Positions 22,720 to 35,994 of a stretch of 64,000 nt of DNA are shown one piece after another. Within the stretch, counting starts at the first letter, position 1, and each line of letters starts with the position of its first letter. A program made the position numbers and the translations under genes. The stretch is from Glaucostegus cemiculus (lineage: Eukaryota): NCBI GenBank assembly GCA_976551045.1, contig CDPCPM010000151.1:9610001-9674000 (forward strand), in the 5' to 3' direction. A model generated the notes under the pieces. It searched no databases, was not told where the DNA came from, and saw only the letters and a list, made by a program, of their open reading frames with translations.

Positions 22720-25420
22720 AAGTGTCTGAAATGTTAATGGATGCATTGGCTGTGATCTTCCAAAGTTCCCTATATTCAGACAAGATTTGAAAACTGTAAC
22801 TATAATACATTTATTCAAGAAAGGAGGAAGGGTGAAAGGAGGTAACAATCGGCCTCTTCAGCCAGCATTTGCAGGTGGGGAAGTGCTGGATTCCCTTATG
22901 AAGGAAATACTAGCAGGACACCTAGAAACTCAGAGTCAGAGTCAACGTCACTTCTTGAAAGAAAGGTAGTGCCCAACAAATTTAGTAGCATTCTCTAAGT
23001 GGGTAAATGGGGAATGCCAGTGGATGTAGTGTTTTTGAACTTTCGGAAGGCATTTGATAGGTTTCACGTAGAAGGTTGCAGTACAAAGTAAGGGGTCAAG
23101 GTATTGAGGGTAATATATCAGCATGGATGGAGGATTGGTTAACTGATGGAAAATTGTCAGGAGAAATGGGTAATTTTCATGTTGACAAATTGTAACAGGA
23201 ATCAGTGCTGGGGCCTTGTCCATTAATAACGTTAATGATTTGGGCAATTATATGGGGGTATTTTATCAAAGTTTTCTGATAACAGGAGGGTAGATGGTGA
23301 AGTAAATCATGAGGAGGATATAGGCTCAGTGTGTAGGTCACGATATGGCAGATGGAGTAGGAAGTGGAGAACTGTACAGTTTTCCACTCTAGGAAGAATA
23401 GAAAAAAAGAATATTCATTAAATGGTGTGAGACCATGGAATGTTGAAGTACAAAAGGATCCAGGTGCCCTCATACCTGAAGCAGAAAGTTAACAGGTGCC
23501 AGTATTTAGGAAGACCAATGGGATTTTGGCCTTTATTGCAAGGGGAATTGAGTGTAAAAATGGGAAAGTTTTGCTAGAACTGTAGAGGAATTTGGTGAGA
23601 GCATATCTGGAGTAATGTGTGCTATTTTGGTTTATTATTTAAAGAAGGATACGTTTGTCTCAGTGGCAATGCAGATAAGCTTCATTTGATTGATTCCAGA
23701 TATGAAGGGCTTATGTAATGAAGAATGATTAGAACCATAGAACCATAGAACAATACAGCACAAAACAGGCCCTTCGGCCCACCATGTTGTACCGTCCATC
23801 AAACCTCACACGATCTAACTCTTTCCTCCCACATATCCCTCTATCCCACGTTCCTCCATATGCCTTTCTAACAATCTCTTGAACCTGTCCAACGTATCTG
23901 CCTCCACCACCACCTCAGGCAGTGCATTCCATGCACCACCCACTCTCTGGATGAAAAACCTCCCTCTCACATCAACTCTGAACTCTTCACCCAATACCTT
24001 AAAGCCATGCCCTCTCGTCTTGAGCATCTGTACCCTGGGAAAGAGGCGCTGGCTGTCAACTCTATCTATTCTTCTCAATATTTTATACACCTCTATCAAG
24101 TCTCCTCTCATCCTCCTCCTCTCCAACAAGTAAAGCCCTTACACCTTAAGCCTCTCCTCATATCCCATACCCTCTAATCCAGGCATTATCCTGGTAAATC
24201 ACCTCTGTACCCTCTCCAATGCCTCCACATCCTTCCTATAATGCAGCAACCAGAACTGAACACAGTACTCTAAGTGCGGTCTAACTAGAGTTTTGTAAAG
24301 CAGCATCATCACTTCGCGGCTCTTAAACTCAATCCCACGATTTATAAAAGTTAACATCCCATAGGCCTTCTTAACTGCCCTTTCCACCTGTGAGGCAACT
24401 TTGAGTGAACTGTGGATATGAACCCCCAGATCCCTCTGCTCCTCTACACTGCCAAGTACCTTGCCATTTACCTTGTACACTGCCCTGGAGTTTGTCCTCA
24501 CCACCTCACACTTCTCCGGATTAAACTCCATCTGCAACTTGTCCGCCCAGCTCTGCATCCTATCAATATCCCTCCATAAGCTCTGACAGCCCTCCACACT
24601 ATCCACTACACCGCCGATCTTGGTGTCATCCTCAAACTTACTAACCCATCCTTCCAACCCTTCATCTAAGTCATCTATAAATATAACAAAGAGTAGAGGT
24701 CCCAGAACCGATCCCTGTGGGACACCACTAGTCACAGCCCTGCAATCTGAGGGCACTCCCTCCACCACAACCCTCTGCTTTCTACAGGCAAGCCAATTCC
24801 TGATCCACACAGCCAATCTTCCCTGAATCCCTTGACCTCTGACCTTTTGAAGAAGCCTACCATGAGGAACTTTATCAAACACCTTTCTAAAATTCATGTA
24901 GACCACATCCACCACACTGCCCTCATCAATGTTCCTCATCACCACCTCAAAGAATTTTATACTTTGGATTGTATATTATGGTCCCATGTTCTCTGGAGTT
25001 TAGCAGAACGAGACTTGTTCTCATTGTAACTTATAAGATTTGGAGGGAGTTTAACAGGGTGGTTGCTATGACAGCGTTTCTCCCTGTGGGCTACCTGGAA
25101 CCAGATTGCTTTGTTTCAGAATAATAGGATACCTAGTTAAGACCAAGATGAGACATTTCTTCTCTAAATGAGTGTGAATCTTTAGAGTTCTCTATCTTGG
25201 AGAGGTCCGTCTGTTAAAGTGTTATGTGCATTCTAGTTTGAGTTTACCGAGGTAGGTAGATAGCTGAGACACGAGAAATTCTGCAGATGCTGGATGGACA
25301 AGAGGGGAATTGTGTGTTCTGTAGATCAGGCAGGAAAGCAGAGTTAAGGCCAAGAGATTTTACTGAATGGTGGAGCAGGCTTGAGGGACCACATGGCTTA
25401 CATCTGCTCCTATTTCTTAA
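22720..25420. mobile_element. Old plus-strand CR1 interrupted by a younger minus-strand CR1 (23731-24950)
   Basis: Inner copy: RT ORF 24199-24945 (SGVPQGSVLGPLLF, KFEDD) and 23815-24129, tail agaaccatagaaccatag. Outer decayed RT remnants lie on both sides. Confidence 0.9.
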
Positions 25421-25424
25421 GTTG

Positions 25425-25790
25425 TTTTGTTCCCAAAGTGCCTTACATCAGTGAAGTACTGTTGAAATGCAGTCAATCTGTGTCCAGCAAAATCCTCTGT
25501 AATAATGACCAAATCATTTGCTTTTTGATGGTATTGAATGTGGGATAAACAGTTACCAGACAATATGGAATAACATCCCTGATTTTTTTTCAGTAAGGTG
25601 TTATGGGTTCCTTTGGGTCCCCTCGGAGAGTTCACAAACTCCCAGTTTAACATCTTGTGCAAAAAAACACAACCGATATTTCAGCACCCCCTCAAAACTG
25701 CCCTAGAAATGTTAGCCACGTCTTTGTGCTTAAGTCTCTGGAGTGGGGTCTGAACATATGACTGTTTGACACACAGTCAAGTGTGCAGAC
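25425..25790 (-). mobile_element. Deu-domain SINE (AmnSINE/SacSINE-like)
   Basis: cccaaagtgccttacatcagtgaagtactgttgaaatgcagtca...aatgaccaaatc resembles the Deu-SINE 3' half; related copies near 16470-16600, 30080-30400, 57440-57830. Confidence 0.6.
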
Positions 25791-25849
25791 AATTGTGCCG
25801 GTGTATATTGCCAGCTGATAGTTGTAGAAAAGGGGAGGCAGAGAAAATT

Positions 25850-26455
25850 TTCACAAGATAATGGAGCAGAAGCTGGCCACTCGGCCCATCGAGTCTGCTC
25901 CAAAGGGAAGGGAGGGTGGGGATAAAAGGGGGAAAAAAGAGGATGAAAAAGAATGAGAAAAAAAACCTATTCTAACTCCAAATTCCCGCCTTATCTCCAT
26001 ATCCCTTGATACCTCGACCAATTAGATATCTATCTATTTCCTTCTTGAATATCCCCAATGATCTGGCCTCCACTGCTTTCTGTGGTAAGGAGTTCCACAG
26101 GTTCACCACCCTCTGGCTAAAGAAATTCCTCTTTACCTCTGTTTTGAACCTGCTTCCCCTAATTCTAAGGTTGTGCCCTCTAGTCCTGGACTCCCCCACC
26201 AAGGGAAACAGCTTGACCACATTCACTTTGTCCATTCCTTTCAACACCTTGTACGTTTCTATTAGGTCCCCTCTCACTCTTCTGTACTCCAACAAGTACA
26301 GTCCAAGTGCCGACAGTCACTCATCATATGTAAGCCTTTTTATCCCAGGAATCACCCTAGTAAACCCTCTCCAACATCAGCATATCTTTCCTAAGATATG
26401 GGGCCCAAAACTGTACACAGTACTCTAAATGAGGCCTCACCAGTGCCCCGTATAG
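25850..26455 (-). mobile_element. CR1 3' fragment (second subfamily)
   Basis: ORF 25972-26295: RGDLIETYKVLKGMDKVNVVKLFPLVGESRTRGHNLRIRG...FFSQRVVNLWNSLP. Confidence 0.92.
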
Positions 26456-27676
26456 AGGGGTGATGTAACCAATGTCTTAAGAGGGATTTACAATAGTAGA
26501 CACAGACAGATGTTCACACTTACAGGTGACCAACCAGGGGTCGGAAATGGAAGACATGTCCATTAAGAAGAAGATAGATAAATATATGAGGAAGAAAGAA
26601 TTACAAGCATGTTCTAGCAGGTCAAATATGGTGGGGGAGGCCTGGAGGAGGATCAAAAGGAGCAAAGACATAATTTCATGAACAGGTTTATTGTAAATTA
26701 GAGGGATCTGTGACCAATAAATCTGTACATGAAAGAGATTGAAATTCATTGTAAACAATCCTTGCCTATGAGTGTCATTTTCATATTTATTCGTCTGTAG
26801 GAAATGGATGCTGCTGGCAAGGTGAACATTTATTATCTATTCCTAATTGCTTCCTGAGTGCTGTGGCTTGTCATACCACTTTAGAGGACATTTAAATGTC
26901 AGCCACATTGTTGTGGGTAGGAAGTCAAATACAGGCCAGGGCAGATGAAAATGGCAGATATCCTGCCTGAATGATGTTGGTGAACCCAATGATTATTTCA
27001 ACAATTTCATTTCACCATGGTCATGAACATTTTATTTCTGGATTTATTTAGTTACTTGAATTTAAATTCTCCAGCAGAGTGATCAATGTATTTTCATTGC
27101 TATTCAATGCATAAGATAAAAAAAAGTATTTTGGGACATTTTGGAATCGCTTTTATGCTGGTGTTACATTTAGAAATGATTCTAACCTTGATCAGAAATT
27201 CTCTGACCTATGCATCATGGTATATGCAAATGGTCCAGGATTCTACCTCATGGTACATGATGGAGGCCTGGGTGTGATGTCCAGTTAGATCTCTCATCTA
27301 ATAGGGAGATGCCTGAGCATGTCATTCATCGCTCCTGTTATCTGCTTTGTGTAGAATTTGTGTCCCTCCTTACGTTTGCACAGTATAAGACTGAGAATCT
27401 GGGTCAATCCAAAAGTACAAAACACTCCTTAAAATGTAACTTTTGGATCAGTCTTTTAGCCCACTAATTACTGATTATGCCACTGTGAATCACCTCGGGA
27501 TGTTTAAGGTATAGGTACTACAGCAAGTTATTTCTTCAGCGGTTGTGATTTGGAAGGGAGAGATGTTAAAGGGATTATCAGTTAGGTTAGGTGGATCTCC
27601 AAACTAGAATGATGCCAGTCACCCTCATGAACCATTCATATTTTTGCAGTGATTAATGTGTTTCCTCTTCCCTTAG

Positions 27677-27769
27677 GAGTTTTTAAAGAAGGAATTCAGT
27701 GCGGAAAACATATTGTTTTGGCAAGCCTGTGAACGCTTCCAGCAGATCCCAGCAGATGACTTGGAACAG
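27677..27769 (+). CDS. RGS14: RGS14 exon, RGS domain ([31 protein letters not shown])
   Basis: cccttag| ... CAG|gtaagc, 93 nt, phase 0-0; RGS14-type EFSAEN and ERFQQIPA motifs. Confidence 0.97.
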
Positions 27770-28231
27770 GTAAGCACACACACACTGCAGTTGTTGTATT
27801 TGTTTCCCTGTATATTTGCAGCTTTCTATTCTTCTCCAGAGAGTTGAGCTGAGGTTGGGATAAAGGCTCCCTGGATGCTGGCTGTGCCCACGTATTCTCT
27901 TGAAGTGCACAACCTTTGAGTTCAATAATGAGGACCAGTTCCCTCTTTCCAATGTCAAGGGATCCTCAGCACGGTGGAGCTTCCATTTCCTCTTGCTGGC
28001 TCCCATCGTACAAACCACATCTGTCAGTATTTGTGTCAGTATGGAATCTACTCACATCAATGCCCAGCTCTGTTTGGGATGGTGTTATTATCATGTGTTT
28101 CAACATACTTTACATGGGTATTGATAGGTGGATGTTTTAAATACATCTAGCATCCCAATAGTCATATCATATGATAACTAATCAAACAGTTAATCTGCAT
28201 CAATTAGGGTGCTGCAGACTTAGACAGAGGT

Positions 28232-28575
28232 TACAGTGGACAGCACAGTAGAGCAGCTGGCTTGCAACTCCATAGACCTGAGCTCGACCCTGACATCCAC
28301 TGCCTTCTGCGTGGAGTTTGAATGTTCTCCCCATGAACACATGAGTTTCCTCCAGCTGGTCTGGTTTCCTCCCACATCACAAGGATGTGTGGATTAGTGG
28401 GTTCATTGGCTACTGTGAATTGTCCCTACTGTTGTTGTTGAGTGGTAGCATCTTGGGGGAGTTGATCGGATGTGAGGAGAACAGGTAACACTAGTGGGAG
28501 AATAGGATTGCTCTGTGAAACAGCTTAAACTGGATGGGCTGATATGAACTCATTCTGTGCCATAAGGAAATATGG
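28232..28575 (+). mobile_element. V-domain SINE
   Basis: gtggagtttgaatgttctcccc...gagtttcctccagctggtctggtttcctcccacatc. Confidence 0.75.
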
Positions 28576-29748
28576 AAATGATAAGTTCTAGTAATTGGGA
28601 GCTTAGGGAACCAAAGTTCTCAATTCATCTTATTTTTGAAATTGTCAACTTTTTTATGGAGCCCTAAATCTTCCTGTGTCTCCTTATCTCTTACTTTTTG
28701 GAAAATCATCAGATTGATCTTTCACAAATCCAAAATGGATGATATTAATCTTCCCCATGTTAAACTCCATCTGCCACAGTTTAAACCACCTGCTTCATGC
28801 TCCTTCACAACTTTCTGCTTTCTTCAACACCTCTTACTGTGCCACCTAACCGATATAATTAGAAAACAGACATACGGCTCTCTATTCTTTGAGCTGCCAA
28901 TGCAGTGAAGAGTTGAAGGCCCAGTCCTGTCCCTAAGGGTCCTATTCTACCATTTGATACATACATTATCATCGTTCTCTTATCTCCTACCTCCTAGCCA
29001 ACTGCCTACTCAAGTCAGTAGATTGATTCCAGTTTCACCTTTGCTAACTATGTATGGAATGTTATTAAATGCGTTTTGAAAGACCAAGTAAATACCATCC
29101 TTAGGTACCCCTGTAGCTACTCCATTAGTGACCTCAAAACATCCAACTAGGTTTGTCAGGCATTACAAATTTGATACTGGTCTCTCTGATCAGTTCATCA
29201 TTGTCCAAGGAGCCAGTCACTCTGTCAGTGATATTGTAAGCAACTCACTCACAACAATCTTTAGACAATAAGTCATATAATTTCCAAAGTAACATACAAA
29301 GACACTGGAGTAACTTTGTGTATTGCTCCAGATTTCCAGCATCTGCAGTTTCTCTTGTATCTCTATAATTTCCTAACATATCTCTCTAATGCTTCTTAAA
29401 TAATGAAATGGCACTAGCAATTTCTGATCAGAATATTTCTTGAAACAGGAAAATTTGTTTACCTTTTAATTCCCTTGATTTAAAATCATCAGACTTGATT
29501 CCTTCCCTTGATTTATTTTAGTTTTCTGGATATCTCTGTTACTTGACCTAAAATGAAGATGGATAATGTGAGCAACTTGCTGCCACATTGACTAACTAAA
29601 ACAATTAAGCCCTGTTGCACTGAGGGAAAACTATACCAATATCACTGATTAATAATATTTTCTGATTTATCGTCCCTTATTACTTGTGTGGCTCCCATAT
29701 ATATAGAAGAGCATTGCTTTGACCTAATTTTCTTTGTCTTGTGTTCAG

Positions 29749-29892
29749 CTCTCACAGATTGCTGGTGAGATCTATAGCACATACCTGTCCAGCAGCTCCC
29801 TCAGTCCTATCAACATTGACAGACAAGCACAGCTGGAGGAAGATGTCCTTAATGACCCCCGGTCGGATATGTTCAAGGCACAACAGCTTCAG
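29749..29892 (+). CDS. RGS14: RGS14 exon, RGS domain ([48 protein letters not shown])
   Basis: gttcag| ... CAG|gtataa, 144 nt, phase 0-0; conserved PxNID motif. Confidence 0.97.
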
Positions 29893-31883
29893 GTATAATC
29901 TGTCAGTCCTCATCTCACTCTGCTTCATGGCCACATGTCAATTAAACTCCCTCTCACATCTGCAGTCTTAGAGTCAATACCTTCAGGAGGTGTTTGTACA
30001 AAAAACTCTGCTTGGTACATGTATAACTTGACTGGTGGTTGAAAATATTTTGAATATCTTTAATTTATATTGCTTTTCCTGCTTCAAAGTTTCTTGAAGC
30101 ACTTCTGGAGTGTAACCACTCTCAAATTCAGGCACCCAATTTACACAATGAGGTCCAACTAATAGTAATGACTTAACAACCAGTTAATATCCCTCACTGA
30201 TGTTGGTTCAGGAATAAATAGTGGCGAAAACACAAGAACTCACCAGCTCTCCTTCAAAGTAACAGCATAGGATTTTAGCATGTTCATTGGGTCTTACACC
30301 TCCAAGTGTCACATTTCCACCATTTCAGCAATTTCTCAGTACTGACTAGCAGGTGAGTTCAAGTCTTGTGAATATCCCAATTCAAGGTGAAGGTGGTATG
30401 TCAGATCCAACGCCAAATTCAGTTGAAAAGATGTTGTATCTTCACTTGAGAGAGACAAGATGAGCAAAGGTTGGTTCACAAAAAATAAATTGAAATTGCC
30501 CAATGTTTTTGGCAGGTGGGAAATAAATATAACTGTTAATTTTTTGACTTCATTTGCACCAGAGTTTAAAAAATTGGTGTTGGTATTGGTTTGTAATTGT
30601 CCTATGTACCGAGATACAGTGAAAAACTTTGTTCACATGCCATCCAGGCAGATTATTAAGTAAACTTCATACTTATTTCTTGGCCTGAAATTGGCTCAAC
30701 AAAGAGAGCACATGTTCTGAATGTTAGGCCTGAGTGTTATTAATAATGCCCTGTTTCCACTAGGCACTAAGATTTTGAGCTGCTTTCCCTGGTGTCACCA
30801 TCCAGAAGATAAGCCCTGCCTCTGGTCTAAACATAAGAACAAGTCCTTCCTGTAGTGACCCAGAGCCAGGTCTCAACCACTCCTGAAAATGTTGAGTAAA
30901 GCAAGCCTGATGTATGCCAGAAACACATGCTTGGTCCCTATACACTTGGATAGTGAACCACTACTGGAGGGAAGCACCAAATGATGTTTCACTAAATTTT
31001 GGAAGAACCATGATGGTTCACCAAATTTTATTGAGTTATGCTGGAGTTCAGTCTAAGCATTATAGATTCTTGAACCAATAAATGATTCAGGTGAGATGCA
31101 TACCATTTGTCATCTTGTCTGTGTCAGGCACCAAACCTTTCCTGATCCCTGTCTCGTTTACCATGGATCTGAACATATATATAATTTTTCAAATATCTAA
31201 TTCCGCTTTGAAAGATGCAGTTGAATTGTCTCAATTTCAGATCACAACGTTCTGTATAAAATAAATTGTCCTATTCCCTTCTGGTTCTTTTTACAGTCAC
31301 CTTAAATCTGTGTCCTCTGGTTTGTGACCTTTCTCACACTGGAAACAGTATTTAAACTTTCAATATGTTCATGAATTTGAATTATTCCATCAGATATCCT
31401 GTTAACCTTCCCTTTTCTGGGGAGTGTAATCTCAATTTGTTCCACCTCTCCACATAACTGAAATATCTTATCACTGTCACATTCCAAAAATATCTCTATG
31501 GTCTGAACCATGGAACAGAAGAATGGGAGTACACTATTCAGTTCCTAAAGCCTGTTTCACCTTCTAATGAAATAATGCCTAATCTGTCAACCAATTCAAT
31601 AGATTGTCTTTGGCTTATATTCCTTAAAATCTTTGGTTAACAAAAATTTATAAGAATTAAATTTAAATTTAATTATTGACCTAACATCAATTATCCTTTG
31701 CCAAAGAAGACTTCTGTCATCATTTGTGTATAACTTTGCTCGATCACCAGATAATGTACCATTGATTTAGGACAAGTAGTTTTTCTCCAACCACCTTACC
31801 AGATTTTTAATTAACTTGAAAACATTAATTAAATCACCCCTTAAGCTTCTAATAATCCATGCACTGTGATATTAGTTTGCATA

Positions 31884-31996
31884 TTGGAGACACAAGGGAC
31901 TACAGATACTGGAATCTGAGGCAACTGCTGGAGGAACTCTTTGTCTCCACAGATGCTGCTTAACCTGCTGAATTCCTCCAGCAATTTATTTTTTGC
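31884..31996. mobile_element. Short inverted Penelope-tail unit with TSD
   Basis: Minus arm cagatactggaatctg...gctggaggaactc fused to plus arm cagatgctgcttaacctgctgaattcctccagc; TSD attagtttgcata 31871-31883 / attagtttacata 31997-32009. Confidence 0.75.
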
Positions 31997-32789
31997 ATTA
32001 GTTTACATAGTCTTGCCTTGCACTTCTACAATTGGTATTCGGGTATCTTTCCTGGAAGTCTTCACTGTACTCCCATGAGAATGTATCATCCCTGTAGAAT
32101 GGGGCCCCAGAACTGTGTTCCAAGCATAAACACACTTGGGTGATGTGCAGTTTCAGTACTCTACCATTTTGTCCACTTGGTACTAGGGACAACATTCCAT
32201 TGTCTTGCTGATCATTTTCTGTACCTGTCCATTGCTGTTTGATGATCCATGTACTTGGACCCCTGGGGTCTTTGGAATTCCATTGCTCTATGTTTTCATC
32301 ATTTGGAAAGTACTCTGGTTTAACCTTTTATGGTCTAAACTGAATGACCTCATATCTGCTTACCTTGATATCCATTTCCCAAGGCTTTGGCCATTAACTT
32401 AAATTATTAGCTTCAGTTTATAATTAAGTTCTTGCCTACGCTTATTGCACAAACAAATTTGGATATGTGGCTTTCTATTCCATCAAGTAAGCATTCATAA
32501 ATACATTGTTTTGTTTCATTCCCAACACAGAAGCATGCAGGACATTTGCCAGCCTGTGTACTCACCCATTGTTCCAACTCTCTGTCTCTGGGCCAATTTC
32601 CTAAACAGGCCAATCATTTTCCTTCAATTCCATGAGCTTCAGCTTTGACTAACAGTCTCATGAGGGACTTTATCTAATGCATTCTGAAAGTAATTTTGCA
32701 TAACAGCCATGAACATTCCCCTATAAGTGACTCACATCTATAAAAAAAGGGTTTCTCCCAGTCAAATTTTTCTATTTATCCTGGCTACA

Positions 32790-33125
32790 TAGAATTAGGT
32801 TATTCAGCCCTCATGTCTATGCTGGCTCACAGAGCAATCCCATTCCTCCAATAATGTTCCCTGTGCCCTATGTTTGCCACATTCCCATCAATTCTACCAT
32901 CCACTTGTACTTGCCTACAGTAGAGAGAACTTACAATGATCAATTAACCTACAAAGCTGCGCATCTTTGGGACGTGGGAGGAAACTGGAGCAGCAGGGGG
33001 AAAACCCAAACGATCACAGGGAGAATGTGCAAACTCCACACAGACAATGAAACAGGGCAGGAAAGAGCCTGGCTCACTGGATCTACGAGGCAGTAGCACT
33101 ACCTGATGTATCATTGAACCGCCCC
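32790..33125 (-). mobile_element. V-domain SINE with CR1-type tail
   Basis: tctttgggacgtgggaggaaactggagca...gggagaatgtgcaaactccacacagac. Confidence 0.78.
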
Positions 33126-33439
33126 ACCAATATATCTGTAATCAGCTGATCGATCCATCCATGCATGTTCAACACTTGTTCCCAAAGACAAAGCTACATC
33201 CTCTTGTCTTTGAACTTTCAACTACATCATCATGTTCTAATACCATAAATAGTTCTTGATTATGCAACCTTCATGCTATTAGATATTGTGTTTGCTGCTC
33301 TGATCTACAATATCACCCTCAGAATTTTATCTGTTTCAATAAGATCACCTCTCATTCTTCCACAGTCTTGTGAGTATCAGCCCGAATGCTCGTACTTTCC
33401 TCATAAAATATTCTTCATCCCAGGAATCAAACTTCTCTG

Positions 33440-33632
33440 AAACAAAAAACAAGCTGCTGGAGGACTCATTGGGTTCAGGACCGTCTGTAGGGGCAAACGA
33501 ATGCTCAATGTTTCAAGTCAAGACTGCATCAGGACTAAAACGTTGACCATCCTTATGCTTCCACAGATGCTACTTAACCTGTTAAATTCCTCCAGCAGAC
33601 TGTTTTTCTGCTCCAGATTCCAGCATCTGCAG
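33440..33632. mobile_element. Inverted Penelope-tail unit with hammerhead remnant
   Basis: Minus strand reads agtc-ctgatgc-agtcttgactt-gaaa-catt-gagc; plus arm aaaacgttgacc...cagatgctac...tccagcatctgcag. Confidence 0.75.
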
Positions 33633-33793
33633 TTGGTTCTGCACCATTCTGTTGTTTTGTGCTTGTTACTGTATTTATTGTTACATTTATTATTACTATG
33701 TTTACTTTTTACCCTGTAATCTTCATGCGTGCAAGGAATTTCAGTGCATCTTGGTGTTTTTGACAATAAACCAATCTGAATTTCTCTCCACAG

Positions 33794-33958
33794 ATCTTTA
33801 ACCTGATGAAGTTTGACAGCTACACCCGGTTTGTGAAGTCCCCACTTTACCAGCAGTGTGTGCTGGCAGAAGTCGAGGGTAGGCCCCTCCCTGGTGGGAC
33901 CTCACTGCAAGGAAGTCAGTCCTTTGATCATAAGCATGACCAGGAAAGTTCCAAAAAG
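33794..33958 (+). CDS. RGS14: RGS14 exon, end of RGS domain ([33 protein letters not shown]...SSKK)
   Basis: ctccacag| ... AAG|gtaaag, 165 nt, phase 0-0; LMKFDSYxRF motif. Confidence 0.97.
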
Positions 33959-34299
33959 GTAAAGTTCTGTTTTTTAACATGGGATAATGTACAGAATGTC
34001 ATGACCACTGACCTACAACCTCTTTAATTGCCTCATTGAAAGAAACCCTTTTCAGTTTGAAAATTCCGTTGCCCAGTGGATAAGCTCCAGACTCATGGCT
34101 TTACTTGATCTGTAACCAACCTACGCCCATCCTGAGGAGCACGTAACTCCCTGGGTTGACATGATCTGAGATGACATACCTGGAACTGAGTCTATCCTCA
34201 TGTGGTGTATTGTGAGATCTGAACTGGTCTAGATTTGTGTTTACCCCTAATCATTTCCTGTTAGATGTTTCCACTAGAGGGACAGTCATGAAAAAGGGG

Positions 34300-34600
34300 A
34301 CAGAGCTACAAAGTAAGGGGTCAGTCATTTAAAACCGAGGTGTGTAGAAATTTCTACTGTCAGACAGTTGTGGATCTCTGGAATTCTCTGTCCCTGGGGT
34401 TGTGGAGGTGAAATTATTGGATATATTTAATGGTGGAGGTAGATAAATATCTGAAAGGTTGAGGAATTGGGGGTTTGGGGAAACCAGCACAGAAAAGGAG
34501 TTGAAACCAGTAATAGATCAGCCATGATCGTATTGAAAGGCGGGTCAGGCTTGAGGGGCCGAGTGGCCTACTCCTGCTCCTATTTTCTTGTGTCCTTAGG
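34300..34600 (+). mobile_element. CR1 3' end fragment
   Basis: tctctggaattctctg...aggtagataaatatctg...gagtggcctactcctgctcctattttcttgtg. Confidence 0.75.
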
Positions 34601-35994
34601 CAGTCCTCAGCAGAACCTTCAAACATGCAATATTTCCATGATCAATCATGTGAGAGGGTCCTTCAGGTGAAAGCAACCTTGGGATCATTAAAGTAATGAT
34701 TACTCTCATAGCCATTAAACCTGCACCCACAACTCTGTGACACATTCTAATCCTGCTCCAGGTTGCCTTATTATTGCTGAATGACCAGCCAGCCTGGCCT
34801 ACTGATGAGGCAGCCATAGAATTCTGCTCACACTGCAGCAGGTGACCCTGTAACTCAATGTCTTTATGTGTAGGTTAGTCCTAGCTGATCAAATGAGGTG
34901 AGAGTTATAAAAAGAATATAGCAGTAGTTGAACACTGAAACAAATAGAGTCCACTCTGCTCTTGATTCAAATACACTGATCTGTCCATTTATCCACCTTT
35001 GTTGTTCATCCTTGTGTTATACGTTATGGTTATTATAGGTATGATAAACATACCTATAATGACATGTAATCAGTCTCACTCATACGAGCTCCAGTTATCT
35101 GTGCATCTTTTGTTGGAGAGAAAAAAAGAAATCTAGCTTTAACCGTAAGATTTTTTTGCCTCTTTCTTAGTTATCCTAGAAACAGAAATAATTTATCTAC
35201 AGTTACCAAAACATATTGAACACTTTGTCCAGATGCCCCTTAATGTTTATTAGAATAAATTTTAAACATATGAGCAGTATGTATTGGTTTTGACATGGTA
35301 AGTTCCACTGTGCCCATTTGCACTTCACTAGACCTCAGCTCTTGCCGATTTGGAGTCTTAGATTTGGAGTAGGAGTTGATAGGGGGGCTTCTCAAGGCAA
35401 CCCCCATTAACAAGAGTCATTCATGCTGCTTTAAACATTTTTGCCACAAGCTCAAACTAATAATGTGCAGCGAGGACAATGGGGGACTGGTAACACGGTG
35501 AAGTTGGGGCAACTAATCCAACTCCTCAACCAATGAAATAAATAGAGATAGGATGAGGAATATGAATGGGTGAATTGTTGCCCAATCACTTATGGAGATG
35601 GGGGGGAGGAATATTATGATACGAGAGAGAAATCAAAAGAAGATAAATATATTTCTTAAAAATAATTTAAAATCTTGAGAGTTTTGAAACTCCTGACTTG
35701 AAGGAATTTGACTTTCTTACTAACTTTCTCGAAGAAGAGATAATTGGGTGTTTTTAATTCTTACGCTTTTAAATAGGCATTAATTTTAGATTTAAATTCC
35801 ACTGGTGTGTGAAGTGCAGAAATTTGTGTGAAGATTAAGGGCAATTTACTGCAATCGTAATGTTAATTATAGAGCAGTGCCAATTGTCCACCAGCTAAAA
35901 GTGATTTCTGATGAAAACAAATTTTTTCCTTGGTTGCACTTTGGCACAATATGCACCACCCGTATACCATTACTCTCACAGCAAGGTCTTTATA

